Sequence record: NC_052653.1
Direction: 5' to 3' (one strand)
Length of the DNA: 64,000 nt
Source of the DNA: Escherichia phage vB_vPM_PD06
This document shows, piece after piece, positions 53,438 to 63,354 of the stretch. A program made the translations under genes and the position numbers. The first letter of the stretch is position 1. Each line of letters begins with the position of its first letter. The notes below the pieces were generated by a model. It made no database searches. It had not been told where the DNA came from and saw only the letters and a list, made by a program, of their open reading frames with translations.

Positions 53438-54031
53438 ATGAATATTGAAGATCAAAAAGTACGAGCTTTAGAAGTATTACGTATGTGCCAACTGGTAGAT
53501 CCGTTTGCAATTGTAGCTGGCGGCGCTGTACGCGACTGGCGATTAGAAACACCTGCGCAAGATATTGACATTTACTTGCGTATGCCTAACCACAATACAA
53601 CCGTACTGGTAGAGAAATTTTTGATGTTGGGTGTTGGTGCACGTAATGTTAAACAACTTACTAAGCAAACAGAACACACTTATGCCGAACTACCACATTT
53701 GAAATGGGTATTTGAAGCATACTATAAAGATCTTAAGTTTAACTTTATGATCATGGAAGAAGGTGTACGCAGTGAAATCGTATGGAACTTTGACGTAGCT
53801 ATTTGCCTGTGTTACTGGGATGGTCTAAATTATGTATATCATCCAGATTTTGAATTTGCATTGAAAACTAATATTTGCACTATTAATCACCGATACACAG
53901 GTAAAGAAGCACACGTCCGTAAAATGGCAGAACGTTTCCCTATGTTCCGCTTTGTAAAAGACGTTTTCATTCCCAAAGAACCAGAAGTACGTACACTGGA
54001 TTCGTTTAACAACGAAGAATTTAAGATTTAA
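53438..54031 (+). CDS. Small nucleotidyltransferase (poly(A) polymerase/CCA-adding head-domain-like)
   Basis: GGAVRD...DIDIY motif. Confidence 0.5.
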   Translation: MNIEDQKVRALEVLRMCQLVDPFAIVAGGAVRDWRLETPAQDIDIYLRMPNHNTTVLVEKFLMLGVGARNVKQLTKQTEHTYAELPHLKWVFEAYYKDLKFNFMIMEEGVRSEIVWNFDVAICLCYWDGLNYVYHPDFEFALKTNICTINHRYTGKEAHVRKMAERFPMFRFVKDVFIPKEPEVRTLDSFNNEEFKI

Positions 54032-54034
54032 GTG

Positions 54035-54064
54035 TTGACAAACCTTACAATTATGTGTTATTAT
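54035..54064 (+). promoter_or_regulatory. Sigma70-type promoter with extended -10
   Basis: TTGACA, 18-bp spacer, TGtTATTAT. Confidence 0.55.
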
Positions 54065-54074
54065 GAGGACTTGA

Positions 54075-54473
54075 ATGACAGACAATCGTTCTAAAATCTT
54101 AGTCGAGACGTTCTACAGTAGAGAAACTAATCGTCTTGAACTAACTAAAAAAGATGTTGAACCTCAAGATAATACCTTTTTTATTCAAATACTATGTCTC
54201 TTTGGTGGATACAACCGTTTAACAGTGCGGGTAGAAGACAAAGAGATATCTGAAACCACTATCACAAAACGTGAACTAATGCTACTACAGGACACAATAC
54301 GAGATGTTTTGGACAATCCTGGAAAAGCAAAAGTAATTAACCTTGGTGGAGAAAAGATACAAATTCTCCATTTTGAAAGTGGTGAAATAGGATTTGGTAT
54401 TGGTCTTGGTAAATACCTGTTGGAAGAAACTGACGCTACTCTTTTACGAGAGTTTTGTGTTAAAGTAATGTAA
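54075..54473 (+). CDS. Hypothetical protein (132 aa)
   Basis: Six-frame ORF downstream of promoter. Confidence 0.6.
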   Translation: MTDNRSKILVETFYSRETNRLELTKKDVEPQDNTFFIQILCLFGGYNRLTVRVEDKEISETTITKRELMLLQDTIRDVLDNPGKAKVINLGGEKIQILHFESGEIGFGIGLGKYLLEETDATLLREFCVKVM

Positions 54474-54489
54474 TTATAGAGGAGAATTT

Positions 54490-55437
54490 ATGCCAGTAAT
54501 TAATTCTGAAATCGACCGTCGTACTAAAAAAGAAGCATTCTGGGCTGAAGGTATTGTCGAATATGTCAAACTAGATAAGTTTGATGAAATGAAAGTCTCT
54601 TATATTAAGGTTGCAGGTCAACCAGATAAGAAAATTGAATCAACTCACAAAGCATCTCTGCTTATTAAAGAGAAAGGTGCTGGTGCTGATGATAAAGGTG
54701 TTTGGGTTAGCCTAGGTGAAGTTAAACTGCACCCAGAACATGAAAACCTGCAAGTTAAAGATGGTGATAAGTGGGTTACTATCGAAAAAGGTGTAGAATT
54801 AACTATGGATGTTAAACCTTCCGAATGGAATGGCAAAACATACTACAATTCCTCTAAAGGTAAAATCACTATTCTTTCAACAGAAGGTGTTCAGCAAGCA
54901 CAATCCTCTTCAAAAGGTGGAAATAAGCCATCTAATAATGACGGTAGCAAGCCTAACTACAAAAAACGTGATACCGTAGGGATTGAAACAGGACACGCTG
55001 TAAACGGCGCTCTGGAGCTTCTACGTGCTGGTGTGAAAGGTGATGCTTTCGACTTGGCTGGTGTGGTACAATCTGCAACTGTTACTCTGAAAGCTGAAAT
55101 TGCTAAAGATCGTGGCGTTGATGTGACTGATTATGATCTTGGTGCTTCAGTTGGACACGCAATTCTTAACGCTTGTCGTGATCATACAGGTAAAACTGTA
55201 ACGGCAGAAGAGATTATTGAAGCTGCTCGTGAAGTTCTTGCTTTGTCTGATAAAGTAGCTGCTGCTATCCGTGGAATGTCTACTCCAGTACAAGAAGTTA
55301 AGAAAGAAACTAAAAAAGTAGAGAAGAAAGAGCCAGCACCGAAAGAACCAGAACCTGTTGTTCAAGATTTCGATGATGATATCCCATTTGCTCCTATTGG
55401 TTTGCAATATGGTCGAAACTTCCTGCACTGTTTCTAA
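54490..55437 (+). CDS. SSB-like protein with acidic DFDDDIPF motif
   Basis: DFDDDIPF near C-terminus, followed by 15 more residues ending in Phe; N-terminal region not clearly a canonical OB fold. Confidence 0.4.
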   Translation: MPVINSEIDRRTKKEAFWAEGIVEYVKLDKFDEMKVSYIKVAGQPDKKIESTHKASLLIKEKGAGADDKGVWVSLGEVKLHPEHENLQVKDGDKWVTIEKGVELTMDVKPSEWNGKTYYNSSKGKITILSTEGVQQAQSSSKGGNKPSNNDGSKPNYKKRDTVGIETGHAVNGALELLRAGVKGDAFDLAGVVQSATVTLKAEIAKDRGVDVTDYDLGASVGHAILNACRDHTGKTVTAEEIIEAAREVLALSDKVAAAIRGMSTPVQEVKKETKKVEKKEPAPKEPEPVVQDFDDDIPFAPIGLQYGRNFLHCF

Positions 55438-55460
55438 TAGTTAAATATTGTGTGAATATA

Positions 55461-55485
55461 AGGAGCCTAACGGCTCCTTTTCTTT
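55461..55485 (+). terminator. Intrinsic terminator
   Basis: AGGAGCC-TAAC-GGCTCCT then TTTCTTTG. Confidence 0.6.
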
Positions 55486-55497
55486 GAAGGAGATATA

Positions 55498-56229
55498 ATG
55501 AGCGAATTTGTAAACAACACTGCATTAAACTACCTGCAAACCCTCGAAAGCAATAGTGTAGATTTGATTCTTACTGACCCACCATATGCTATTTCTCGTG
55601 ACACAAATTTTCAATCTGGAGAGCCTACTGGAAAAGATACGGATAGATTCCGTGTATCTTACAACTTTGGTGACTGGGACGTTGTAGATATTCCTTACTT
55701 TAAAGAAGTATTCAAAGAAGCCTATAGGGTGCTTAGAAAAGGTGGTACTTGCATAGTTTGGTATGATATCTGGAAGATCCAGGAGCTACGTGAAATCCTT
55801 GAACCGCTTGGTTTTCGTATGTTCCGTACTATTGAATGGATTAAAACAAACCCTGTACCCATCAACAGTGGTGTTAACTACCTTAGTAACGCTAAAGAGA
55901 TGGCTATTGTTTGTGTTAAAGGTTCGAAGCCAACCTTCAATGCTTCCTACCATAAGGGTGTGTTTGAGTATCCTATCTATCAAGGAGCAGATCGTTTTCA
56001 TCCGACACAAAAACACTTGACTTTGTTTTGTGACCTTATTAATATACATACCAACGAAGGAGATGTAGTCTTAGACTTCTTCTCTGGAAGTGCAACAACA
56101 CAAGTTGCGGCACTTTTAACAGGTAGAGAATACTTAGGCTGTGAAGCCGATGTAAATATTTTTAAGCAAGCGGAGGAACGACTAAATGAGTACACTGAAC
56201 AGCAAAATCACCCTGAAAGCACTGATTAA
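55498..56229 (+). CDS. DNA N6-adenine (or N4-cytosine) methyltransferase
   Basis: LILTDPPYAIS (DPPY) and FFSGSATT. Confidence 0.7.
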   Translation: MSEFVNNTALNYLQTLESNSVDLILTDPPYAISRDTNFQSGEPTGKDTDRFRVSYNFGDWDVVDIPYFKEVFKEAYRVLRKGGTCIVWYDIWKIQELREILEPLGFRMFRTIEWIKTNPVPINSGVNYLSNAKEMAIVCVKGSKPTFNASYHKGVFEYPIYQGADRFHPTQKHLTLFCDLINIHTNEGDVVLDFFSGSATTQVAALLTGREYLGCEADVNIFKQAEERLNEYTEQQNHPESTD

Positions 56230-56617
56230 CAACGGTATGAATTTGGACTCTGGTCTGTCTCCAAAGATTTCTATGGCACGACTGGAACAAGTTACTGGTC
56301 TTCGTCAAGTAAGTAATGGCGGTAAGATTATTCGTGATGACGCTGTACCTTTTAATAAATTTCAGATTGAACGTCACTACGATCCTGTAACTGCAAGTCT
56401 TACTGGTGTAACTTTCTCAGGTTATCGTACTGCTGGATACCAACGTAAGGTTGTAGCTGAACGTATTAAGAGTCGCAAACAGAAAATTGCAACATTGAAG
56501 AAACTGGTAGAGAAAGATGTTTCAGAACTTCTTAACTTGTATGAAACTCTTGAAACAAAAGGTGAAAATCATAAACTCTTCTCTAAAGAAGATGTGAGCG
56601 TAATTTTCACTGATTAA
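56186..56617 (+). CDS. Hypothetical protein (143 aa)
   Basis: ATG after GGAGGAACG; 44-nt out-of-frame overlap with MTase 3' end. Confidence 0.55.
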   Translation: MSTLNSKITLKALINNGMNLDSGLSPKISMARLEQVTGLRQVSNGGKIIRDDAVPFNKFQIERHYDPVTASLTGVTFSGYRTAGYQRKVVAERIKSRKQKIATLKKLVEKDVSELLNLYETLETKGENHKLFSKEDVSVIFTD

Positions 56618-56620
56618 GAT

Positions 56621-56655
56621 AAAAGAAAAGGAGCCAATAGGCTCCTTTTTGTTTA
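56621..56655. terminator. Bidirectional terminator between convergent units
   Basis: A-run, GGAGCC-AATA-GGCTCC, T-run. Confidence 0.6.
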
Positions 56656-58539
56656 TGTAACATTGACTGTAAATCTGACAAGAGGTGATAACACGTCATT
56701 ATCAGCATCATAATGTGCAACATCAAACACTGCTGTACCTGCTGCAAACCCGTATTGTTCAACCTGATCTGCATAAGTAAATGTGTAAGTGTTAGTATCA
56801 AGAGTTTGTTCTGTAAGAATTGCTGCTGTGAGGACGTTTACATTTCGGAAGTAATGTTTGGTATATCCTGCTGGTTCCCAAGAAATAATTGCATCTTGGT
56901 TAGCTTGTCTTACAGCGGCTCCTCCTGTTGGAACAGCCATATCAACCCAAACAGGTGACGTTGATGTTAGGTCTGTACCGTCTGCTGCTGATTTAGCAAG
57001 TTTTGTAGCTGCTGTCTGGTATATAGAAGAAATATAATGGATACGACCATCAATACCTTCTTCATAAACATAACCACTGTAGCGTTCAGCACCATCCACC
57101 CAAGAACCAATGATAACATCGTCACGTGCTGTAGAGATGGTTCTTTGTACATTTCTGTATTTCTGCCAATCCACACCATTAACTTCTACACCATATAGAT
57201 AAGAACGTCCTAGGATCTGCCAAACAATTTTTGCTTGAGAAGCAGGAACTATTGTACGCATCTTATCAAAGATAGCTATCGTAGCATCATGGTAACGTGT
57301 AGTGTTACTGTATCTACCTGCAACAGTCGAAGATGCTGATACAGCATCATTTTCACCTTGTCCCCAAATAATTGCTTTAACCTTACTTGCATAAGGTGTG
57401 ACTTTAGTGATAAAGTTAGTTAAGCATGGCCCGTCTGCTGTGTTATCCAGATCATACCAGTAGTTGTCTGGTGTACCTGTTCCGGCTTTATCATCTGCAT
57501 ATTTATCTGCTGCTGACGATCCAGAAGCTGCATTTAACGGAAGAACTTCAGCATTTGCTAAACCACGTTGCGTAGCATATGCATTACGGGTTGTTGTGCT
57601 ACTCATTGCTGCTTTATTTGCACCAGATAATTCTGTAAAGTGTGCATTTACGTTATCTTGTCCAGCAAAGACAATAACTTCTTTAATGAATGAATCATCT
57701 GTAGCTATTGAGTTATTAAAGATAACGGCTGCTGCTTTGGTGCTCTTAACGCTAATTTTAAGGTATGTTGGAGCAAACCCATAAAGAGGAATAGAGTCAG
57801 AGATATCAAAGTAGGCGTAAGTATTCGTGGTTGTTGTAGTCCACTGGACACTGTTATTACTTAAATCTAATACTTCTACAGTATAAGTATCACCATCTAG
57901 CGGATCAGCTACATCCCAAGCAACACGAATGTCTCCATAGCTGTTTGCCACGGCTGTTACATTAGAAATAACAGGAACAGCATTAACACCTAAATAAGAA
58001 CTATCAGAGGCCACCACTGTTCCTTGATAAGTTGCAGTGCAACCTATACGGCAACTGCCATCTTTAAGAGCAGTTATTAATCCTGTAGGACTTACAGTAG
58101 CTACTTCTGGATCTGTTGTGGTGTACGTAATTACCATATCTGGAAGGTCTTTAGCACCTTCTGGACTGATTGTAGCAACCAATTGTTGAGTAGTTCCTGC
58201 ATCCATAGCAGACAGACTTTCAGTGTACACACTTAATTCTGAAGCATAGCCACCAGATTGATCAGTTAAGACAGCACCTAAATTATTTTTAGCTGTCATT
58301 ATTGCATCAAAACCGCCTTCAGCAACAAACTCCATCATACCGTTATTATCTATAACCATTTTGGTATTATCTGAAGATGAAAAAGCTATATCAAATAACG
58401 CACCATCTTCTGGTGAAACTGTGTATGTCAGTTGCTTTTTACTACCAACTATTGCAATACCAATAGAGGAAGTGGTTATAGATGTAGCTGTTACTACTGA
58501 AGCTGATGTTGTTGACATAAATAAAGGAATAGGATACAT
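56653..58539 (-). CDS. Tail fiber/tailspike protein with Ig-like and SGNH/SASA esterase-like domains
   Basis: Big_2-like repeats; GQDN and WGQGEND resemble sialate O-acetylesterase motifs. Confidence 0.55.
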   Translation of the reverse strand: MYPIPLFMSTTSASVVTATSITTSSIGIAIVGSKKQLTYTVSPEDGALFDIAFSSSDNTKMVIDNNGMMEFVAEGGFDAIMTAKNNLGAVLTDQSGGYASELSVYTESLSAMDAGTTQQLVATISPEGAKDLPDMVITYTTTDPEVATVSPTGLITALKDGSCRIGCTATYQGTVVASDSSYLGVNAVPVISNVTAVANSYGDIRVAWDVADPLDGDTYTVEVLDLSNNSVQWTTTTTNTYAYFDISDSIPLYGFAPTYLKISVKSTKAAAVIFNNSIATDDSFIKEVIVFAGQDNVNAHFTELSGANKAAMSSTTTRNAYATQRGLANAEVLPLNAASGSSAADKYADDKAGTGTPDNYWYDLDNTADGPCLTNFITKVTPYASKVKAIIWGQGENDAVSASSTVAGRYSNTTRYHDATIAIFDKMRTIVPASQAKIVWQILGRSYLYGVEVNGVDWQKYRNVQRTISTARDDVIIGSWVDGAERYSGYVYEEGIDGRIHYISSIYQTAATKLAKSAADGTDLTSTSPVWVDMAVPTGGAAVRQANQDAIISWEPAGYTKHYFRNVNVLTAAILTEQTLDTNTYTFTYADQVEQYGFAAGTAVFDVAHYDADNDVLSPLVRFTVNVT

Positions 58540-58555
58540 TTAATCTCCTTAAATA

Positions 58556-58578
58556 ATAAGCCCCCGAAGGGGCTTTGA
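58556..58578 (-). terminator. Intrinsic terminator (leftward)
   Basis: GCCCC-CGAA-GGGGC followed on - strand by TTATTATTT. Confidence 0.45.
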
Positions 58579-60549
58579 TTATGTGCGTTTAGCAACAATA
58601 GCATCCACGTAATCGCCAACACCACAATATGTTAGTTGTAGTATTGTTACTCCGTTAGGATCTGTATTAATATCACTGGAACCAATTACTTTGTAAGATG
58701 GATCTAAAGTAACAGTACGACCTCCAGTGGCATCTTGGATAAGATAAACTATTGCAGAGAATGGTTTAGGTTTTGTACTATCTTCGACACCAGGCCATGC
58801 TTTTATAGTAGCGTTACCAGTAAGATTCAACACATTCATGTTATGTGTTCCTGGAGGTGTCCAGTCCCCTGTAACAGAATTGTTGGTATATGCTGTAACC
58901 TCTATAAAATTAGTTGTTACTTTTGTTGGAACTATATCTTGACCATCTACAGAATTAGTGAGTTCTTCCCATGCCCCATCTTTACGAGCATAAGTCTTAC
59001 CATCACTAGGTGCATCTGTGATACTAGGTAGTGTACCTTGAGAAGTCCAGACAGTTGCAGATGTTTTTAAGAACACCTCGCCAGTGGAGATATTAAAGGC
59101 ATAATCACCTTGTTTACCATCACTAGAGATTGGATCTGTTGTTTTAACAATCCAAGTTGCACCGTCTGTACCGTTAGTACCAGCGTCACCTTTCTCACCT
59201 TTTTCACCCTTATCACCTTTCAAACTACCCATATCTACATATTCAGCAGTTTGAGTTTGTTCATTATAGGTGTAAATGTAAAGATGACCTGTATCTTCCG
59301 TCAGATAAGCATCACCGTAATTGGCTGTAGGAGGAAGCGCACTTGCAGACGCAACGTGTCCTTTTGCAGTGATTGGAGTACCAGCTAAACGACCAACATT
59401 TGTCCACTCTGTGGCTCCTTGCAACCAGACCCAAAGTTCATTATTGATCAGATAACCATCACCCTCTTCTCCAGTTTGTGGTAGTTCAGAAGTGTTAGTC
59501 AGAATGTCAATAATGGTCAACCCTGCACCAGTTGGCCCCGTCAAGCCTTGTATACCCTGTGCACCTTGATCACCCTTGTCTCCCTTATCACCTTTTTCTC
59601 CTTTCAGAGAGGCAATATATTCGTCAATAGTACCAACGTTACCAGCATTTAACCAGACTTGATAAGCTGAATCACCAGTGTTACCCTTATCACCTTTGTC
59701 GCCTTTATCTCCTTTTGGCCCCACTATAGCACCCATATTGATCCATTCTACACCGTTTGACACGTATAGATATGTACCAACACTCCATGCTTGAGATGTG
59801 TTTCCATGAGATGCAGAAGGAAGATCTGAAACGGAATTAGCTGCGCCTTGGTAATCAAAACCATTAGCATTATTACCTGGCACACCTTGTGGCCCCTCTG
59901 GGCCAGGCTCCCCTTTATCACCTTTAATTGAAGCAAGATAATCTAGTTCTGTACCTTCATTTCCTGCTGCAAGCCATACTTCATAAGCAGATTTACCTTC
60001 TGGCCCCTGTGAGTTTACTTTTCTCCAAGCAGTACCATCCCAAGCATACATATTCTCGCCTACAATCCATGCATCCCCTGCATTGTTTCCACTTGTAGGT
60101 AATTGGTTGGTATTAGATAGTGTCCCTAATAGCTTTAATGGAGCACCTGGATCACCTTTTAAAGAAGCCAACCACTGTGTCTCAGTACCTTGGAAACCAT
60201 TGTCTACGGCAATCTGGTAAGCTGATTTACCAGCTTCTGGGATGGATTCTCTAAGATCTTCAATTTCAGCTTCAATAGCATCTAATTCTGATTCTATTTG
60301 AGCAATGTCATCTGCATTACCCACATTTTTCCAAGCTGTATCTGAAATCCCTCCAGTAGATGTAGGAGTAGAGTTAGCAGGTACAACTTTAGGTAGAGAA
60401 CCTTTCCACTGATAGTAGTTACCGTCAGCTTCAAAGAGCAATGCTTCACGAGCATCTCTTAAGGTAAAACCACTTGCAAAACTTCTACGCTTTCTATAGC
60501 GAGACTCTACCATGTCTGCAATGGCACTATTTGGACGTGTTAAAATCAC
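58579..60549 (-). CDS. Tail fiber protein with collagen-like Gly-X-Y repeats
   Basis: GDKGEPGPEGPQGVPG, GPKGDKGDKGDKGNTG, KGEKGDKGDKGDQGAQGIQGLTGPTG, GDKGEKGEKGDAGTNGTDG. Confidence 0.7.
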   Translation of the reverse strand: MILTRPNSAIADMVESRYRKRRSFASGFTLRDAREALLFEADGNYYQWKGSLPKVVPANSTPTSTGGISDTAWKNVGNADDIAQIESELDAIEAEIEDLRESIPEAGKSAYQIAVDNGFQGTETQWLASLKGDPGAPLKLLGTLSNTNQLPTSGNNAGDAWIVGENMYAWDGTAWRKVNSQGPEGKSAYEVWLAAGNEGTELDYLASIKGDKGEPGPEGPQGVPGNNANGFDYQGAANSVSDLPSASHGNTSQAWSVGTYLYVSNGVEWINMGAIVGPKGDKGDKGDKGNTGDSAYQVWLNAGNVGTIDEYIASLKGEKGDKGDKGDQGAQGIQGLTGPTGAGLTIIDILTNTSELPQTGEEGDGYLINNELWVWLQGATEWTNVGRLAGTPITAKGHVASASALPPTANYGDAYLTEDTGHLYIYTYNEQTQTAEYVDMGSLKGDKGEKGEKGDAGTNGTDGATWIVKTTDPISSDGKQGDYAFNISTGEVFLKTSATVWTSQGTLPSITDAPSDGKTYARKDGAWEELTNSVDGQDIVPTKVTTNFIEVTAYTNNSVTGDWTPPGTHNMNVLNLTGNATIKAWPGVEDSTKPKPFSAIVYLIQDATGGRTVTLDPSYKVIGSSDINTDPNGVTILQLTYCGVGDYVDAIVAKRT

Positions 60550-60560
60550 TTTACTACTCC

Positions 60561-60592
60561 TTTTATAAAGGGGCGAAAGCCCCTTTTAATTA
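60561..60592. terminator. Terminator hairpin (GNRA loop)
   Basis: GGGGC-GAAA-GCCCC flanked by A/T runs. Confidence 0.5.
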
Positions 60593-63004
60593 AGCATTAT
60601 TGACAGTAACAAAAGTAACAGGGTTCAGAGCTTTAATTTGTGTATTCTCTGCTGTAGGTGTTACAATTGGATCTGCAATATCTATTGTGTACAAACTATT
60701 TGTCACATATGTAGCACGTGCTATAGTTGTCACAAGATCGCCGCCATTTGCACCTGCACCTGGAATAACAATCTTAGTACCTGCTGCTTTAGCGTAGCCA
60801 TTACTAGCCCAGTTTAAAGCATTAGACTGTAGATAGGTTTGACCTGTAACAGTTGCTTTTATTTTCTCATTATCACTAAAGAAAGCACCACCTGCTGTAA
60901 CAACGTGTTTTTTACCGCTTGCACAATGAATAACTGTTCCAGTAGGGAAGTCACGCCCACCTGGGAATTCATCATAATCTGTAAAATATTGTTCAGAAAT
61001 AGTGGTTAAGACTGGCCCACGATGACCTGTACCATCAACAGCAGTTGGAACACCAAAGTTATTTCCAACCTGATCGCAACGATCCGTGTAGATTTTAGCA
61101 AAAGAAACTGTTGTTTCATCTCCGCTAAGTGCTGTACATCCTACCCACTTCATATAAGTGAATTGGCTGCGAGTATAGAAACCGCCACCACTTCCTTCTC
61201 CGCTCCCGTGTTGACCAATAAAGTCAATACTACGGCAACGAATATTATTAAAAGTAGAGCTAGATGGTAGCCCACGCCATTTAAAATCATTACAATTGAT
61301 GTTACTAACAATTGTAGAGTTTTCCCAGGCGTCTGATCCAGCCGTTGCAATCTCAATCGAAGATTCTGGAATATCCAAATTCTTAATTGTAAAGTTAATT
61401 GGTGGCCCCGCATATCTTCCACCGTTAACACCCCAGTCAATAAAGACCATGCGTGTTGAAACAGACGGATCATTAAGCAGATAACCAGTTAAACCATCAA
61501 CTTCAAAGTCTTGGCATCCGTATAATGCAACACCACAAGTAGTTAAACCTGTACCTGTTGAAACTGCTGTGTTAGGATAAACTTCGTTATCACGTATTGT
61601 GAAGTTTTTACCCATTTCAACGTGTAGACATTGACGGCAATTGTAAACTCTATTTCCAACGATACTGAAGTTACGTACATATTGTGAATCAGGAGCATCA
61701 ACACCATATGGGCCACTACCTGCTACACCAATACCAATACCCCAGTTTGCACCTTGTCCAGAAGCATCTACGTTAGCAATGTGGTTATTCTCGATGATCA
61801 AACCTTCAGTGTAGTGTCTTTGAACTACGTTAAGTTCAATAGCATCACCTTTAATATCGTGAATATAGTTGTTAGAGTAACGCCCATAGGTCATTACTTC
61901 TCCAGTACCTTGTTGCAGGATCGCATATTTACAACCATACATTTCGTTGTAACTGAAGTCCAACGTACCTTCACTTGTCATTGCTTGCATTAAAAATGCT
62001 GCTGTAGATGTTGCGTTGGAGAAGATATTACGATAGAATCGGCAATCACCACCTAACATCTTAACATAACATTTTTCAAAGCGAACGTTTTCAATCCAAC
62101 AGGACACAGTAGAAATCATTGTTCCACCGTTACCAGTGAATGTACCACCATACCAACGAATACCAGACATAGCAATTGAGCTTGTGAATCTATAATTCTT
62201 ATCTGCACGTACTTGAATGTTATTCGTGTTAGCGAAAGTAATGGTTTTTAGAATTGCTTGAGTATCATCGGTAACTCCATCACCAATTGCACCAAACTGC
62301 TCAGGCGTTACAAAGTATTGAGCTTGTAACAGGTTGCCTCCAGATGGAAGACCAACCATTGCTGCACCAGTGGTAGATGACAAAAGGTTTTTCTCTACGT
62401 AAGAAGTAGAGGCTGTTGTTTTACCAATAAAAGCAAACAATTTGTTAGGTAGACCAGTAGACGGATCTAAACCTAATGGTTCTGCCAGAATAATTTTACT
62501 ATCTTTGATAGTAAATGCTTCACCTTGAATCTGAATTACACCGTTAATGGTGACAATAGCATTATCAAAGATATAAGGAGGACTGATTTCTGTTTCATAT
62601 CCTGTAGCACCTTTAAAATACCAAGGATACACATCTGAAGCTAACTGTTCAGTTTTAAGAGCGTACAGAGTCCAGTTACTGTCCCCTACAGGTGTGCCCC
62701 GCATAGGTACAGGGTTCGCAGTAGTGGCAGATGGGGCATAATAGTACCCACTCAAGATACCGTTTTCAAAATAACGTAACTGGTTAAATACAGTTTCAGT
62801 TGATCCTGCTGACCAAGCAACAGGACTCTTAAAGAAGAAGTTATCAACAAGTGCTTTACGCAGTGTAGGTATTAAACCTGTTTCGGTTTCTACAGTTGCT
62901 GTAGCATCCCCATTAATAACATCATGCATCTGGTTAGACGAGAATATAACCAGATCAACACCTTGTTCTAGTGTCGTAGCAGGATATGTTGGAAAATTCG
63001 CCAT
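60590..63004 (-). CDS. Large tail fiber/tailspike protein (804 aa), beta-helix-like
   Basis: Gly/Asn/Thr-rich repetitive beta-strand composition typical of receptor-binding proteins. Confidence 0.5.
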   Translation of the reverse strand: MANFPTYPATTLEQGVDLVIFSSNQMHDVINGDATATVETETGLIPTLRKALVDNFFFKSPVAWSAGSTETVFNQLRYFENGILSGYYYAPSATTANPVPMRGTPVGDSNWTLYALKTEQLASDVYPWYFKGATGYETEISPPYIFDNAIVTINGVIQIQGEAFTIKDSKIILAEPLGLDPSTGLPNKLFAFIGKTTASTSYVEKNLLSSTTGAAMVGLPSGGNLLQAQYFVTPEQFGAIGDGVTDDTQAILKTITFANTNNIQVRADKNYRFTSSIAMSGIRWYGGTFTGNGGTMISTVSCWIENVRFEKCYVKMLGGDCRFYRNIFSNATSTAAFLMQAMTSEGTLDFSYNEMYGCKYAILQQGTGEVMTYGRYSNNYIHDIKGDAIELNVVQRHYTEGLIIENNHIANVDASGQGANWGIGIGVAGSGPYGVDAPDSQYVRNFSIVGNRVYNCRQCLHVEMGKNFTIRDNEVYPNTAVSTGTGLTTCGVALYGCQDFEVDGLTGYLLNDPSVSTRMVFIDWGVNGGRYAGPPINFTIKNLDIPESSIEIATAGSDAWENSTIVSNINCNDFKWRGLPSSSTFNNIRCRSIDFIGQHGSGEGSGGGFYTRSQFTYMKWVGCTALSGDETTVSFAKIYTDRCDQVGNNFGVPTAVDGTGHRGPVLTTISEQYFTDYDEFPGGRDFPTGTVIHCASGKKHVVTAGGAFFSDNEKIKATVTGQTYLQSNALNWASNGYAKAAGTKIVIPGAGANGGDLVTTIARATYVTNSLYTIDIADPIVTPTAENTQIKALNPVTFVTVNNA

Positions 63005-63345
63005 TAATTTTTGTCCTTACTTTGTGTGCGCTTTGTAATCTCCTCTAGCATTAATTGAACAGGAGCATTTTTTAAATCCATTATTTTTTCAATCTTCTGT
63101 TCTAAGGCAGTATTATTTGCCATTAATGTAGAGTTGATCTGGTTAAGCATTTGAGCAAGTTCTGCTTTGGTAGCATAAGTGGATTCAACAAACACCAACT
63201 TCTTTTCTAGTTCACGGTATTTCTCTTCCATTTTGTCCAAATCACTTGCCATATCATCTATCTTCTGTTTGAAGACCACCCAGATTACACCAATAAGAGG
63301 GATAATCGCCTCTTTAGCGATATCCCATACTTCTGTTAGCTCCAT
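63004..63345 (-). CDS. Hypothetical coiled-coil protein (113 aa)
   Basis: N-terminal hydrophobic segment then coiled coil. Confidence 0.5.
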   Translation of the reverse strand: MELTEVWDIAKEAIIPLIGVIWVVFKQKIDDMASDLDKMEEKYRELEKKLVFVESTYATKAELAQMLNQINSTLMANNTALEQKIEKIMDLKNAPVQLMLEEITKRTQSKDKN

Positions 63346-63354
63346 ACATTACCC

